DNA of 64,000 nucleotides, taken from contig JBHGNT010000004.1 in NCBI GenBank assembly GCA_043228905.1, forward strand, positions 7,130,001 to 7,194,000, given 5' to 3'. The translations under genes were made by a program, and so were the position numbers. Below the pieces are notes generated by a model. That model ran no database searches. It was not told where the DNA came from and saw only the letters and a list, made by a program, of their open reading frames with translations. This stretch comes from Azolla caroliniana. Its lineage: Eukaryota; Plantae; Polypodiophyta. Below are positions 25,463-37,182 of the stretch, piece by piece. Every line of letters begins with the position of its first letter. Position 1 is the stretch's first letter.

Positions 25463-25652
25463 GTAATTAGCTTACCCTAATGGTAAGTCAATAACACTAC
25501 AAGCATTGTGTCTTGGGTTCGAAACCCAATTTCCTCACCTCTCTATTATATACTTCATATATATCTCTATTTCACTAGATGCCACTATGGAATGTAGGGG
25601 TTGAACCCATGACCACCTGGTCTCCATTGGGCAACCTTACCAACTAAGCTAC
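25463..25652. other. Insertion in the LTR with two convergent tRNA-like (SINE-head-like) units
   Basis: Flanked by direct repeat ATAGAGTTTATRTTCTCTCTCTC (25440-25462, 25653-25675); + unit B box GGTTCGAAACC; - unit A box GTAGCTTAGTTGG and B box GGTTCAACCCC; absent from the other Copia-X LTRs. Confidence 0.6.
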
Positions 25653-25661
25653 ATAGAGTTT

Positions 25662-25710
<49 letters not shown>

Positions 25711-27091
25711 GTCTCTCCTGCACATATTCTCTGTGTTAAGCTTCCATTGAACCTTCCTCTCAAACTGTTGCTATCTGGTAGAGCCGGTTTGTAATACGCT
25801 TCCGCACGTTCACATTCACATGGTATCAGAGTGCGAGGGTTGAGAACCTCTACAACCGACAGACGCTTTCAAAGACAAACCCTAATAACCAGTAACAATA
25901 GAAAGAGAAAGGTATGGACAAAGCTATGGCGAGTTCACTTCCAACATAGAAGGAACCAACGAGGTAGCATCGGAGTTCACTATGCATCCTGGTCATATAA
26001 AATGCACTAGTACTTGCTGGGGCATGGTTATTGGAGCTATGTGGAAGGAGCCAATGAGGTAGCATCGGAGCCGGCACACAAAGACTTCCCGGCATGGGAG
26101 CAAGGAGCGAGCCGAGTATTGTATTGTCTCACATCCAGTGTGCACGATCAGATGCTCAGCTACATCAAAGATGCAAAAACGCCAAAGGAGGCCTAGGAAA
26201 ATCTTTGGAAGATTTTCGCCGCTAGTACCATGACACGGAAGTTGCAGCTCCAACAAGAACTCAACAATATCCGACAAAGGGATATGTCCGTGACCGACTA
26301 CACCACCAAGATAAAGGAGATTTGCGACGCACTCAGGTCCATCAACGGTACATTAACGATGGACGAAGACGAGATGGTTCAAATCTGCCTCGATGGTCTA
26401 GCACAACGGTGTCGTGAAGAAAACCGTCCACAAGCGGAATCGGTGTACCGGAGCGTAGGAACCGACTCTTCATGCACGTGCGCCTTATGTTGTACATAGG
26501 AGATCCTAGGTAGATTTGGTAGGTAGGAAGTAAAGGGGAAACGGCTCCTTCCTTGCCTATAAAAGGAGGGAGACGAGGAGGGGCGAGGGATCGCGGAGAG
26601 TCGAGGACGAAGTGCTGTCGGTTTGCGTGCGAAGGCTTCTCTCTCTCTCTCTCTGGTTCGCAAACTCCATAGCTTCCTTCTGTGCAGGTTTCGGGGAGGC
26701 TCACGCTGCTCTGAGGAATGCCTGAGTGCTTCCGGCAGCACCTCCAACCTGCTCCTATCTTTCTGTGCGTTTACGAACAGGCATCGGCATCTGTTCGCCG
26801 GCCTGTTCGGTTGTAACCGACTTCGTGTTTTTGTTGCTTTCGTGTTCTTGCTGTTGTCTTTGTTAATACATACATACCTTCTTGTCTCTCTGTGTCGCCG
26901 TCCCACTCGCGTCTTTGCTTCGAAGGGCCGTGTCCCTGTGAATCTACCCTCGCACGTAGTGGGTCTCTTCTCTTTCTCTCTTGCTCTTTGGTACAGGGAC
27001 CCCGAGGTCCCGCCTCACTCCACGCATCCGCGAGGAATACCTCGACATCTTTGGTGAACCCGACGTGAAGGAGGCGGCAGAAGAGCAGAAG

Positions 27092-29218
27092 ATGAAAGGG
27101 TCGGATCTTGCAGAGGCCATGGCTTCGGCCGTGGATCGGATACTGAGTGCACGCGAGGGCACCGGCGCCCTCGACAGAGCCATTGAGGCGGTCGTCGGTA
27201 CGATAGGCCAGTTCAGCGGAAAGGATGCCACGAAGTATTTGGCGTCCTACGGGGCAGAAATGCTGATGCGGGACATTCCGGAAGAGAGGCGTCTTGCCGG
27301 GTTTCCTCGAGTGGCGATGCCGAGCATCCATGCAGAGGTGCTCGAGGTGCGGGCGGAGAGCCGTACCTGGGAGGAGTTCGAAGGCCGACTCCTAGAAAAA
27401 TACGGGCTGGACGACGCGCTCCGGCTTTCAAAAAGGGACTTCATGGAATGGGTGGAGTTCCCCGACAAGGGAAGAAACGCGACGGCACTCCTCCGGGAGT
27501 TCGAAGAACGCTTTGCGCGCCTTTCGGCGCTTGACCGAACCGTTTTGGATACGAGCCGGGTCCTACTGTTCGTCAAGTCGGTGGACGAGCGGGACCGGGA
27601 CCAAGTCGGCTCCTTGCTGGAAACCGAGGACGGGCTGACAACCGACTGGGCTGCGGTTAAGAGAGTCCGTGGCCGTTTCGATAAACGGCGAGAATGGGCT
27701 GACAATGGGGCGGCCGGTGTGGGCTCTGTCACAGCAAGGAGGCTTGAACCGGCACCGCAAGTGCGAAGGGAAGAAACCCGCGAATGGCTCGAAACCGGTC
27801 CGGCTTCGACCGACATGGTCAATGGCTCGTCCGGAGGAGCAGCGCTGGAGGAATTGACGCGGGCGATAAAGGATCTCCAGATCGCCCAGACTCGAAGGGA
27901 AGGCGGCGAACCGGCTCGTGACCGATGGACGACAGCGGGGAACAGGTGCATGTGGTGCGACGAGGTCGGCCACATTCGGAAGGACTGCGGCGATTTCGCA
28001 GAAGCGTTGAGGAACCGGGTGGTGTACCTGTGGGAAGGCCGGGTGCACGCCGGTGACACCAGGAGGGCCCTGAACCGAAACGACGGACGAGGAGGTATGA
28101 AGAGACTAATGGAAGAGGCAGCGGCCCGACACGTGGAAGCCATCCACTACTCGGCGTCGGCCGGCATTCGGGTTGGGTGCAGCAAGGCCCGAAAGGAGGG
28201 CAAAGACGGATTCTGGGCGGTAATGCTGGAAGGTCGTGCCGGTGCACGGCTAAGGAAAGATGAAACGGACCGCGCTGAGAGATGGGTCCGGGAAATAACC
28301 GGGTGGAGCGATCCGGTCGAGGAGAAGACGGGCTTCGTAGAAGCCGCCTGCCGGAACTACAAGGCTCTGGTAGAAGACAAGCGAGTAGGGAAAGCCGGAG
28401 CGGCCGAGCCCTCACAACGGTACGAGACCCGATTCGGGCAACGACGAAACGATGCCGACGGGTCCAGCTCGCAAGATAACCCCAGGAAGGGCGGATACCG
28501 ACTGGGGACGGAAATAGAAAGGACTACGGACCTACGGAAGGTCCTAGAGGAACGGATCCTCGACAGCAAAGTGGAGCTGTCATTGCGAGAGGTGCTAGGG
28601 ATCGCCAAGAAGGAGTTCCACGACTCCATTGTAGACTTGGTGAAACAGAAGAGGCTGTCGACAGAGACGGATCCGGAAAGACCGGTAGAGGTGCGGATGA
28701 CGCACATCGACGACTCGGCGCTGGCAGATGAGTGGACGGAGAGCCACTATTCGAGGCCACACTGGGCCCGAGCGACCACGGAGACCCCGGTAAAGATCGG
28801 AGATGTTCAGGAACCGGTGGTGGCGTTGGTGGACCACGGTTCGGAAATAAACCTGATGTCCATGGACTTCTATAAGAAGGGGAAGTGGCCGATCAACACC
28901 AAGCACGGGTGGAAGATACGGGCGGCGACGCGTGCCACCGAGGAATTGCATGGGGCCTGCCCGAATGTGCGAGTCAAGATCGGCGACGTCGAGATTGACC
29001 AGCACTTCTTCGTACAGGAGACGTCCTCGCACCCGGTCATATTAGGTGAACCATACATCACGACGGCGCGGATGGAGACCAAAGTGCTGGACAACGGGTC
29101 GGCCTACGCGAGGGTCAAAAGCCAGGACGGGCGCCATTCGGTCCAATTTCTGACGGTGCGGCCGAACCACGAGAGAAACCGCGAATCCCTCGGTGGCGAG
29201 AACCGGGAGGATTTTTAG
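27092..29218 (+). CDS. gag: Gag plus aspartic protease ORF1
   Basis: First ATG after the PBS; CCHC knuckle CMWCDEVGHIRKDC; protease ALVDHGSEINL...VILGEPY. Confidence 0.85.
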   Translation: MKGSDLAEAMASAVDRILSAREGTGALDRAIEAVVGTIGQFSGKDATKYLASYGAEMLMRDIPEERRLAGFPRVAMPSIHAEVLEVRAESRTWEEFEGRLLEKYGLDDALRLSKRDFMEWVEFPDKGRNATALLREFEERFARLSALDRTVLDTSRVLLFVKSVDERDRDQVGSLLETEDGLTTDWAAVKRVRGRFDKRREWADNGAAGVGSVTARRLEPAPQVRREETREWLETGPASTDMVNGSSGGAALEELTRAIKDLQIAQTRREGGEPARDRWTTAGNRCMWCDEVGHIRKDCGDFAEALRNRVVYLWEGRVHAGDTRRALNRNDGRGGMKRLMEEAAARHVEAIHYSASAGIRVGCSKARKEGKDGFWAVMLEGRAGARLRKDETDRAERWVREITGWSDPVEEKTGFVEAACRNYKALVEDKRVGKAGAAEPSQRYETRFGQRRNDADGSSSQDNPRKGGYRLGTEIERTTDLRKVLEERILDSKVELSLREVLGIAKKEFHDSIVDLVKQKRLSTETDPERPVEVRMTHIDDSALADEWTESHYSRPHWARATTETPVKIGDVQEPVVALVDHGSEINLMSMDFYKKGKWPINTKHGWKIRAATRATEELHGACPNVRVKIGDVEIDQHFFVQETSSHPVILGEPYITTARMETKVLDNGSAYARVKSQDGRHSVQFLTVRPNHERNRESLGGENREDF

Positions 29219-32200
29219 AGAGGGCTGCCAAGGCGTGGGGCCGAGACAGCCCGGACACTCGGAAAAGACCCCACGACTGTACGATAGGTAGGAAAATTTG
29301 CTTCTCCAACCACGGAGGGTGTATGATAGTCAGCATTGTTGGGCGAGAAAAGAAAAGGGCGGAAGTGCGACTTCGAGCGTGCAGAGTTCTTGGCCCGGAC
29401 GAGGAAATCAGCGGAGCCGTGGAGGCGGTCTCCTTCGACGACACCTTGGGGATGCTGAGGAAGGTTGTCGGAGAAGACCTTAACGAAGACCGGATGATAC
29501 CGATATGTTCCGAAGAGATGTACGAAGTCATCGCGAACTTCAGTCGGGGGCTCGGGTCGGATCGGACGGCCCGAGTTAGCACAAAGTACAAGACTGTGGA
29601 CCGGAAGGTAAGGCCAGTCGCGGCACCCTTACCGGAGGGCAGCGAGTCCCGGATCAGAGGGGTTGCGTCGGACCCCAGTTTACGAGATCCGGCCTGCATA
29701 GGACACACCTTCACCGACGGGACGCTCCGGGAGCTCAAAATCGGTGGGGGCGGGTTCCTACTGCTGGCGGAGGAAGACCGGTTTCGGAGGATGCTCGGAA
29801 GGCACGGGAAAGCCTTCGCATTCTCACGGGAAGAGATCGGGTGCGTAGACCCGACGATCGTGGAGCCGATGGTGATATTCACGGTACCGCATGTGCCGTG
29901 GAATCTCAAGCCGATTCCGGTACCGAGAGCTCACATCCTGAAGTTGATGGAGCTATTGAGGCAGAAAGTAGATATGGGCATTCTTGAACCGTCGAGTGCC
30001 CCATACTCGAACCGATGGTTTACCGTACCGAAGAAAAACGGAACATTGCGCTTCATTCAAGACCTGCAGCTGGTCAACAGAGTGACCATTCGAAACGCAG
30101 GAATTGGACCGACCATAGACGAGTTCGCGGAGGCCTTTGCCGGAAGGTCGATTTACTCGGTCGGTGATATGTACTCAGGGTATGACCAGTTCCAGCTAGC
30201 CGTGGAGAGCAGAGACATTACGACGATGCGAACTCCCCTCGGCCTAGTGCGAATGTGTACCCTGCCACAAGGAGGGACTAACTCGGTGGCCCACATGGTG
30301 AATGCAATGAACAAGGTACTGAGGGATTGCATCCCGGACATCACCATGCCATTTCTGGACGACATCCCGATTAAGGGGTGCCCGGTGGAAGAGAAGGACG
30401 AGACAGTCGGGCCGGACGGATGCCGGCGATTCGTGGCAACACACATCGATGACTGCGAGAAGGTGCTACAAAACCTAGAGGATGCGAGGCTCACCTTCTC
30501 CGGGGAAAAATCGGCCTTCGGGCAATCGGAAATCCTGGTGGTCGGACACCTATGTGGACCATATGACCGGAAGCCCTCTCCGGCAAAGGTAGAAGCCATC
30601 TCCGCGATGAAGACCGACTGTAGCTCGGTTACAGAAGTTCGGAGGTTCCTGGGGGCATGCGCGTTCTACCACATATGGATCTTGCATTACGCCCACGTTG
30701 CGGAGCCGCTATACGGGTTGCTGAAGAAAGGGCGAAAATTCGAGTGGCGAGACGAGCACACGGAGTCGGTCTGGAAGCTGAAGGAAGCTCTTGCGGCAGC
30801 ACCGGCGCTCTGGAAGGCTGTCTACGGGAAGGGTACCCCGGTATACATAACAGTGGATACGAGTCCGACCGGGATCGGATGGGTTGTCAACTAAGAAGAC
30901 AAGGACGGCATTCGGTTCCCGATCCGATTCGGCGTGAAGGTCCTCAGTGAGCGACAGCGAGGGTACGCCCAGGTTAAGCGCGAACTCTGGGGTATCGTTT
31001 CGGCAGTAAAGGCCAACAAAGACTACCTAATCGGGACAGAAGTGGTTATTGAGACGGATTGCCTGCCGATTCTCGGCATGGTTTCCGGATGCGCGACACC
31101 AGACCTAGTGATGCTCCGGTGGATAGCGTACATCAAGTCCCTGGACCCGGAAATACGGCACATTTCCGGAAAGGACAACGCCATGGCCGACATGCTTTCG
31201 AGGGCGAGGTTTGATGACGAGGGCGGCATGGTTTCGGAGGACGAAGAAGTCGGCGTGGACTTCTTCGAGGCAGCGTACGTAACGACCAATGGGACGAGCA
31301 CTCCGGCACTTAACGACTTCGACGAGAGCAAGTACGATGGCGAGTGGCTACAGATCGGTGGATGTTTGAGGACAATGACGCCGGATGCGTCATGGACGAA
31401 GGACGAGGCCAACCGGATCCGGAATAAAGCATACCGATTCTTTCTCCGGGACGGATACTTATGGAAGCACCCGAAGAAGAGGAACGGCGTCCCGCTCCGG
31501 GTGGTGGCGATGAAGGAAGAACAGGGGGAGCTGCTGACGGCCTACCACGACAGCCCTTGGGCTGGACACCGTGGAACGTGGGCCACGTTCGAGAAGATAA
31601 AGGGGAAGTACTGGTGGCCGGGACTGTACCGGGACGTGCATCGGTTCGTGACAACTTGCGAGAGTTGTCAGATGCACTCCATAGTCCGATATCGGGACGA
31701 GCTTCACCCTACGTACCCTCCGACCATCCACTTCAAATGGATGGTAGATCTGGTGACGATGCCGATGGGAGTAGGACAGATGCGGTATCTGGTCCTGGAT
31801 CGGGAAGATCTGACGAACCAGGTAGAAGGCCGAGCCCTTCAGAACAAATCGACCGCGGCTGTGTGTCGGTTCCTGATCGAGGACGTGATATGCCGGTACG
31901 GGTGCGTCGGGAAGATAGTGGCTAATCGCGGGGAGTTGGACGCCGAAGAGGCCGAGGAGCTGTTCGACCGGCTAGGAGTCAAGCTCTCGCTCACCACTGC
32001 ATACAATCTGGAGGCGAATGGGAAGGTGGAGCGCGGACATGGACCGATCGTCAAGGCGTTAGTTCGGGCATGCGGAGGTCAAGTCGGGAACTGGTCGCGG
32101 CTGTTGCCTTACGCGTTGTGGGCGGACCGAACTACGCACAGTTCGGTAACCGGATTCATGCTGGCAGAGCTCATGTTTGGGCAGAAGCTGATCATGCCGA

Positions 32201-32682
32201 TGGAACATATGATCTCCTCCTGGGCAACCGTAGAATGGAGAGACGAGATGAGCCGGGAGGAACTGTTGACGGCACGCATACGGCAGCTCGAGCGAAGACC
32301 GGAGGACGTGGAGCAGGCTGCGGAAAAGCTTCGAGTGGCAAGGACGAGGAACAAAGCTCGGTTCGACCGGACGCACCGGCTCCGACCGAAGAAGATCGAG
32401 GAAGGCGACTGGGTGCTAGTCTACGACATTAGCCTCGACAACCAGCACCGAGCGACACGGAAGTTCGCAAGAAGGTGGTTCGGGCCTTACGTGGTACAAA
32501 GCGCCAACGACAACGGGACGTACCATCTAGCGGAACTCGACGGTACGAGAATGGCGATACCGGTAGCTGGGAAGCGGATCAAAGCGTTCAACAAGCGTCA
32601 CGACGACGAGCCGGATCTGGTTGACCTGGACCGCGACGACGAGCAATCCGAAACCGAGGAAGAACCGACGGGCGGAGAATGA
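29212..32682 (+). pseudogene. pol: RT-RNase H-integrase ORF2 in the -1 frame, with one premature stop (TAA 30892-30894)
   Basis: LPQG, FLDD, RNase H (VDTSPTGIG), HHCC zinc finger, integrase core, GPY; no chromodomain; frame open from 29212. Confidence 0.88.
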
Positions 32683-35600
32683 AGGCTCGACCGGTTTTCT
32701 CCGTCCCAACACAATTTGGCGCATGCCGGTGGATGCGCGGTTAGGTGGGGGTGGATGTCGTGAAGAAAACCGTCCACAAGCGGAATCGGTGTACCGGAGC
32801 GTAGGAACCGACTCTTCATGCACGTGCGCCTTATGTTGTACATAGGAGATCCTAGGTAGATTCGGTAGGTAGGAAGTAAAGGGGAAACGGCTCCTTCCTT
32901 TCCTATAAAAGGAGGGAGACGAGGAGGGGCAAGGGATCGCGGAGAGTTGAGGACGAAGTGCTGTCGGTTTGCGTGCGAAGGCTTCTCTCTCTCTCTCTGG
33001 TTCGCAAACTCCATAGCTTCCTTCTGTGCAGGTTTCGGGGAGGCTCGCGCTGCTCTGAGGAATGCCCGAGTGCTTCCGACAGCACCTCCAACCTGCTCCT
33101 ATCTTTCTGTGCATTTACGAACAGGCATCGGCATCTGTTCGCCGGCCTGTTCGGTTGTAACCGACTTCGTGTTTTTGTTGCTTTCGTGTTCTTGCTGTTG
33201 TCTTTGTTAATACATACATACCTTCGTGTCTCTCTGTGTCGCTGTCCCACTCGCGTCTTTGCTTCGAAGGGCCGTGTCCCTGTGAATCTACGCTCGCACG
33301 TAGTGGGTCTCTTCTCTTTCTCTCTTGCTCTTCGGTACAGGACCCCCGAGGTCCCGCCTCACTCCACGCATCCGCGAGGAATACCTCGACAACGGTATAG
33401 CCCAATCCGGATGGCGATCTGCACATGGGAGAAGCCATCGTCCTTCTTCGACTTACAATCCATGTTGATGGTCAAAGAAAACCACGCGAGTGGGTCAAGG
33501 ACCACTCAATCGGACAACTGCATGCTATACCAGGAGGCGGATTGACCCCGTGGGCGTGGAGGACGAGGTGGGTTAGCATGCAATGGAGGCGGCCGGCAAG
33601 AGCAAAACCGAAGGCACAGAGACAATGCCGACAGCAGTTCCGGACCCTCCACAAGTAGGGGGAGTCAAGTTGGAGTCAGAAACCGACACGGAATGCTGGT
33701 ACTGTGGCAAGAAAGGCCACAGAGAGAGCGAGTGCTGGAAGAAGCGTGCCGATTCGGATAAATCTGGATCCGGCAAAGCTCGCACGACGAAGAAGGATTG
33801 GAAGGATCCGGAACCGGGAAGACCGGTAAAGGGCCAACCTTCGTGATGGAGCACAAGGCTAACTCGATGAAGAAAACTACTTCCAAATCGAAGGAAGTAT
33901 GGTACGTTCATTCCGGAGCGTCCAACCACAGGACAAGACATGAAGAGTGGTTCTCTTTTTTGGAGAAACCGGAACAACCGGGGATTGTCGAAACTGGAGA
34001 CGACACCCCTCACCCAATTGTGCATGTCGGAGAAGTCCCTTTAAGCCATGTCGGACTAAAAGGGAAGCTGATGAATGTAGTACATGTTCCCGACAATCAC
34101 AAAGAACCTGGTGTCAGTCGGACAAATCGTCGACCAGGGGATGTAGGTGCGGTTTACGCACCTCGGGTGGTTCATCGAAGAAGAATGCCGGATAATTGCG
34201 CAAGGGCGTAGAGAAGGGAGGATGTTCATCCTCAACACTAATGATGTCGGCACCGCCATGTTTGCCAAAGGACAGAATGTTGAATCAGACATTGATCTCT
34301 GGCATAAGCGGATCAGCCACGTCTACTATCTGAGGCGTCAAGGTCTGTAATGGAAACAAGTTGTGTTCGGATTGCCGAAGTTTAGTGGTCGGAAGGCCCA
34401 AATATGTGAAGCCTGCCAACTCGGGAAGCAACACCGGCTTTCATTCCCCATCGAGCAAAACCGGAGCCGTAACAAGCTCGATCTAATCCATTCGGATGTA
34501 TGGGGATTGACACAGAACGTTAGTCTTGGCGGGAGTTGGTATTTTGTCTCCTTCATCGACGACTATAGCAAGCACACGTGGATCTATCTCATTGAGAAGA
34601 AAAGCGAAGTGTTTGACTATTTCTAGAACCTTCAAAGCCTAGTCGAAAGGGAAACAGAGAGGAAGATCAAGTGCCTACGGTCGGACGGTGGAAAAGATTA
34701 CTTTTCCGGCCAATTCAACGGTTATCTATAGCAGAACGGAATTCGAAGAGAATTCAGTTGCCGATACACACCGGAACAAAACGGTGTGGCCGAGGGAAAG
34801 AACCGGCCGATTGTCGTCGCAGTAAGGGAAATGCTGGAGGAGAAGAGCATGCCCCAATTCTATTGGGCTGAGGCGGTCTGGACAGTTGTCTACATCCAAA
34901 ACCGGATCAGAGACAAGGTGTCAGCACGTGAGCTGTATTTCAGGCGGAAGCCGAATTTGAGGCACCTTCGGATATTTGGTAGCATAGCATATGTGCATGT
35001 ACCAGATGAGAAGTGAAAGAAGCTAGATCTGAAGTCGGAGAAATGCATCCTAGTCGGTTACTCGCAGAAGGGGTATAAGTGTTATAACCCCCAGACTAAA
35101 CAGGTACGAGTAAGTTGAGATGTCGAGTTTGATGAGTTAGCATCTTGGTACTCCCTACTGACTCCAACTCCCAACGAAGGCCCGATTCCGGAAGATGAGG
35201 CTAATGAGCCTGAGGAGGTCCAAGAAGAAGATGAAGACTTTGGCACTCTAGAAGAGAGTTCGATCTCATTCCGGCTAAGTGGGCTGAATGAGCGGCTGAG
35301 TTGGGATGACTAGTAGGATGAAGAAACGACGAGTAGTGGAGACTCTGCTGTGCTCTCCCCATGCAAGGAACCAACTCTTGTCCGACTCTTCATTGTTCAT
35401 CTGGAATGGTCCAGTTTGCCTTTTGCTTTATGTAGATGATTTAGTCGTCACCGGACCTAGACTCGATGAAATCGGCAGAGTGAAGTCCCAACTGTCGGAC
35501 GCATTTGAAAGACCGGGAGTGTTATACTGACATGGTATAGCTGGGAAGCTAGTCGGACATATCGATGCCGACTGGGCTGGTGATGCATCGGATCGCCGAT

Positions 35601-37104
35601 CCACCTCCGGTTATATGTTTTCTCTTGGTAGCACGATTGTTGCATGGAGCAGCAAAAAGTAGCCAACAGTGGCTCTGTCGAGCACTGAGGTTGAATACGG
35701 GAGCGCTACCATTGCCACATGTGAAGCCATCTGGTTTCGGCGACTGTTCCGAGACCTCCGGATCGAGGTACCGACCCTGATCCTGATCTATTGCGACAAC
35801 GTAAGCAACATACAGCTTGCCAAGAATCCCGTATTCGATGCTCGACAAAGCACATAGAAGTGCATTATCACTTTGTGCGTGAGCGAGTCCTGAGCGATGA
35901 AGTTGAACTTCGGTATGTTCACACGGATCGGCAAGCTGTCGATATCTTCACCAAGCCAGTCGGATCGGACAAGTTGAAGCACTTTTTGGAGATGCTCGGC
36001 ATTCAACTTCTTGACGTGTTGCACTTGAAGGGGAGGATAGGAACAGTTACGGGAATGCCTTTGTTTGAACAAGGATCTCCATTGTTAAATAATTTTGAGG
36101 AATTTATTAGCGAGTTTAAAGCCTGTTTTGGGGATACCAATAGTATTAGGACGGCAATCAACGAAATCCAAAGATTGTGTCAAGGTGATCGTCCAGCCTC
36201 AGCTTACGCTGTGGATTTCCATCTACTCACCACCGATATTCCCTGGGATGACCTAGCATTGATGGAGCATTTTCAATATGGCCTGCGGAATGATATCAAA
36301 GATTTACTCCTGACTTTCCCCAAAGAACCAAAGTTGCTCACAGAGGCAATCAGTCGAGCGGTACGTTGCGATAACAGACTTTTGGAACGACGTTCAGAAC
36401 GTCAGTTACAAATGCCAAGAACAAGGTCGGAGCCCACATATGCCTCATTCATTGCAAAACCATTTGCAAGGGAGTCATATAATGCGTCTCCAGCAAATAC
36501 TCCAACTCCGATGAAAATCGACACCACATGTCATCGCGGACCATTATCAGAAGAGGAAAAGTAGCAACGCTGAGAAAATCGACTATGTCTTTATTGCGGT
36601 GGACTGGGGCATATTGTAGTGAACTGTCCCCATAGGCCAAGAAGAGAGGTAAATCAAATAGCCGCTAGTACTAAACCTTAGTCTGTTCCATTAGGAGTGT
36701 TTGATAGTCCTAATAGCCCAATCCTATCTGTCATGATGACACTTACATACGATTTGGGTTTACAAGGAATGAAACCTGCAACCTTGTTATATACGTGTCG
36801 AGTTCTTAACCATTGTAATGATATATTTATGTATAAAGAATTTATAAACTATATAGAATATCATAAAGTATTCTAGAGTACTCTATGTTCTAGAATGTTC
36901 TAGAATATTCGAGAGTGCTCTATTGTCTAGAACGTTCTAGAATATTCTAGCATAATCTTTATTCTAAGATTTTCTAGAATACCTTATTAAGACTTATAAA
37001 TATGCATCTAATAATAAGAGATGAACCAATTTGGTTCAATGTCATTTTAGAGCTCCCTTGTTGTTTATTGTATTCCATCTTCTAATGCAATACATTATCT
37101 TTAC

Positions 37105-37140
<36 letters not shown>

Positions 37141-37182
37141 ATAGTATCTTCTAGTGCGATACATTATCTTTACAATACTCTC

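Larger units (their letters stand above)
26410..33391 (+). mobile_element. Near-intact Ty3/gypsy element primed by tRNA-Trp
   Basis: LTRs 26410-27047 and 32756-33391 (~98% identical by eye); TSD ACGG; PBS TGGTGAACCCGACGTGAA 27052-27069, complementary to the plant tRNA-Trp 3' end; PPT GGTGGGGGTGGA. Confidence 0.95.
25117..36036 (+). mobile_element. Copia-X copy 2 (5' LTR to RNase H; part of RT and the 3' end deleted)
   Basis: LTR 25117-25820; PBS TGGTATCAGAG 25821; gag from 25914, split by a gypsy at 26410-33391; zinc knuckle CWYCGKKGHRESEC; integrase; YVDD; RNase H KHIEVHYHFVRE. Confidence 0.88.

Noticed and set aside
25463-25652. Functional tRNA genes
   Set aside because: Acceptor and anticodon stems are not well formed; kept only as tRNA-like promoter modules.
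26981-27091. ORF-track start of gag at TTG 26981
   Set aside because: It lies in the LTR upstream of the PBS; ATG 27092 is the more plausible start.
27247-29909. Long antisense ORFs (298 aa, 264 aa) in the gypsy element
   Set aside because: These are shadows of GC-rich coding sequence with no recognisable motifs.
36022-36036. CACTTGAAGGGGAG as the terminal PPT of Copia-X copy 2
   Set aside because: Copy 3 shows the homologous tract is internal, ~540 bp before the true PPT.
36865-36985. Cluster of TTCTAGAA palindromes
   Set aside because: It is part of the chromovirus LTR U3, repeated at ~47245-47360. It resembles heat-shock elements, but nothing else supports a function.
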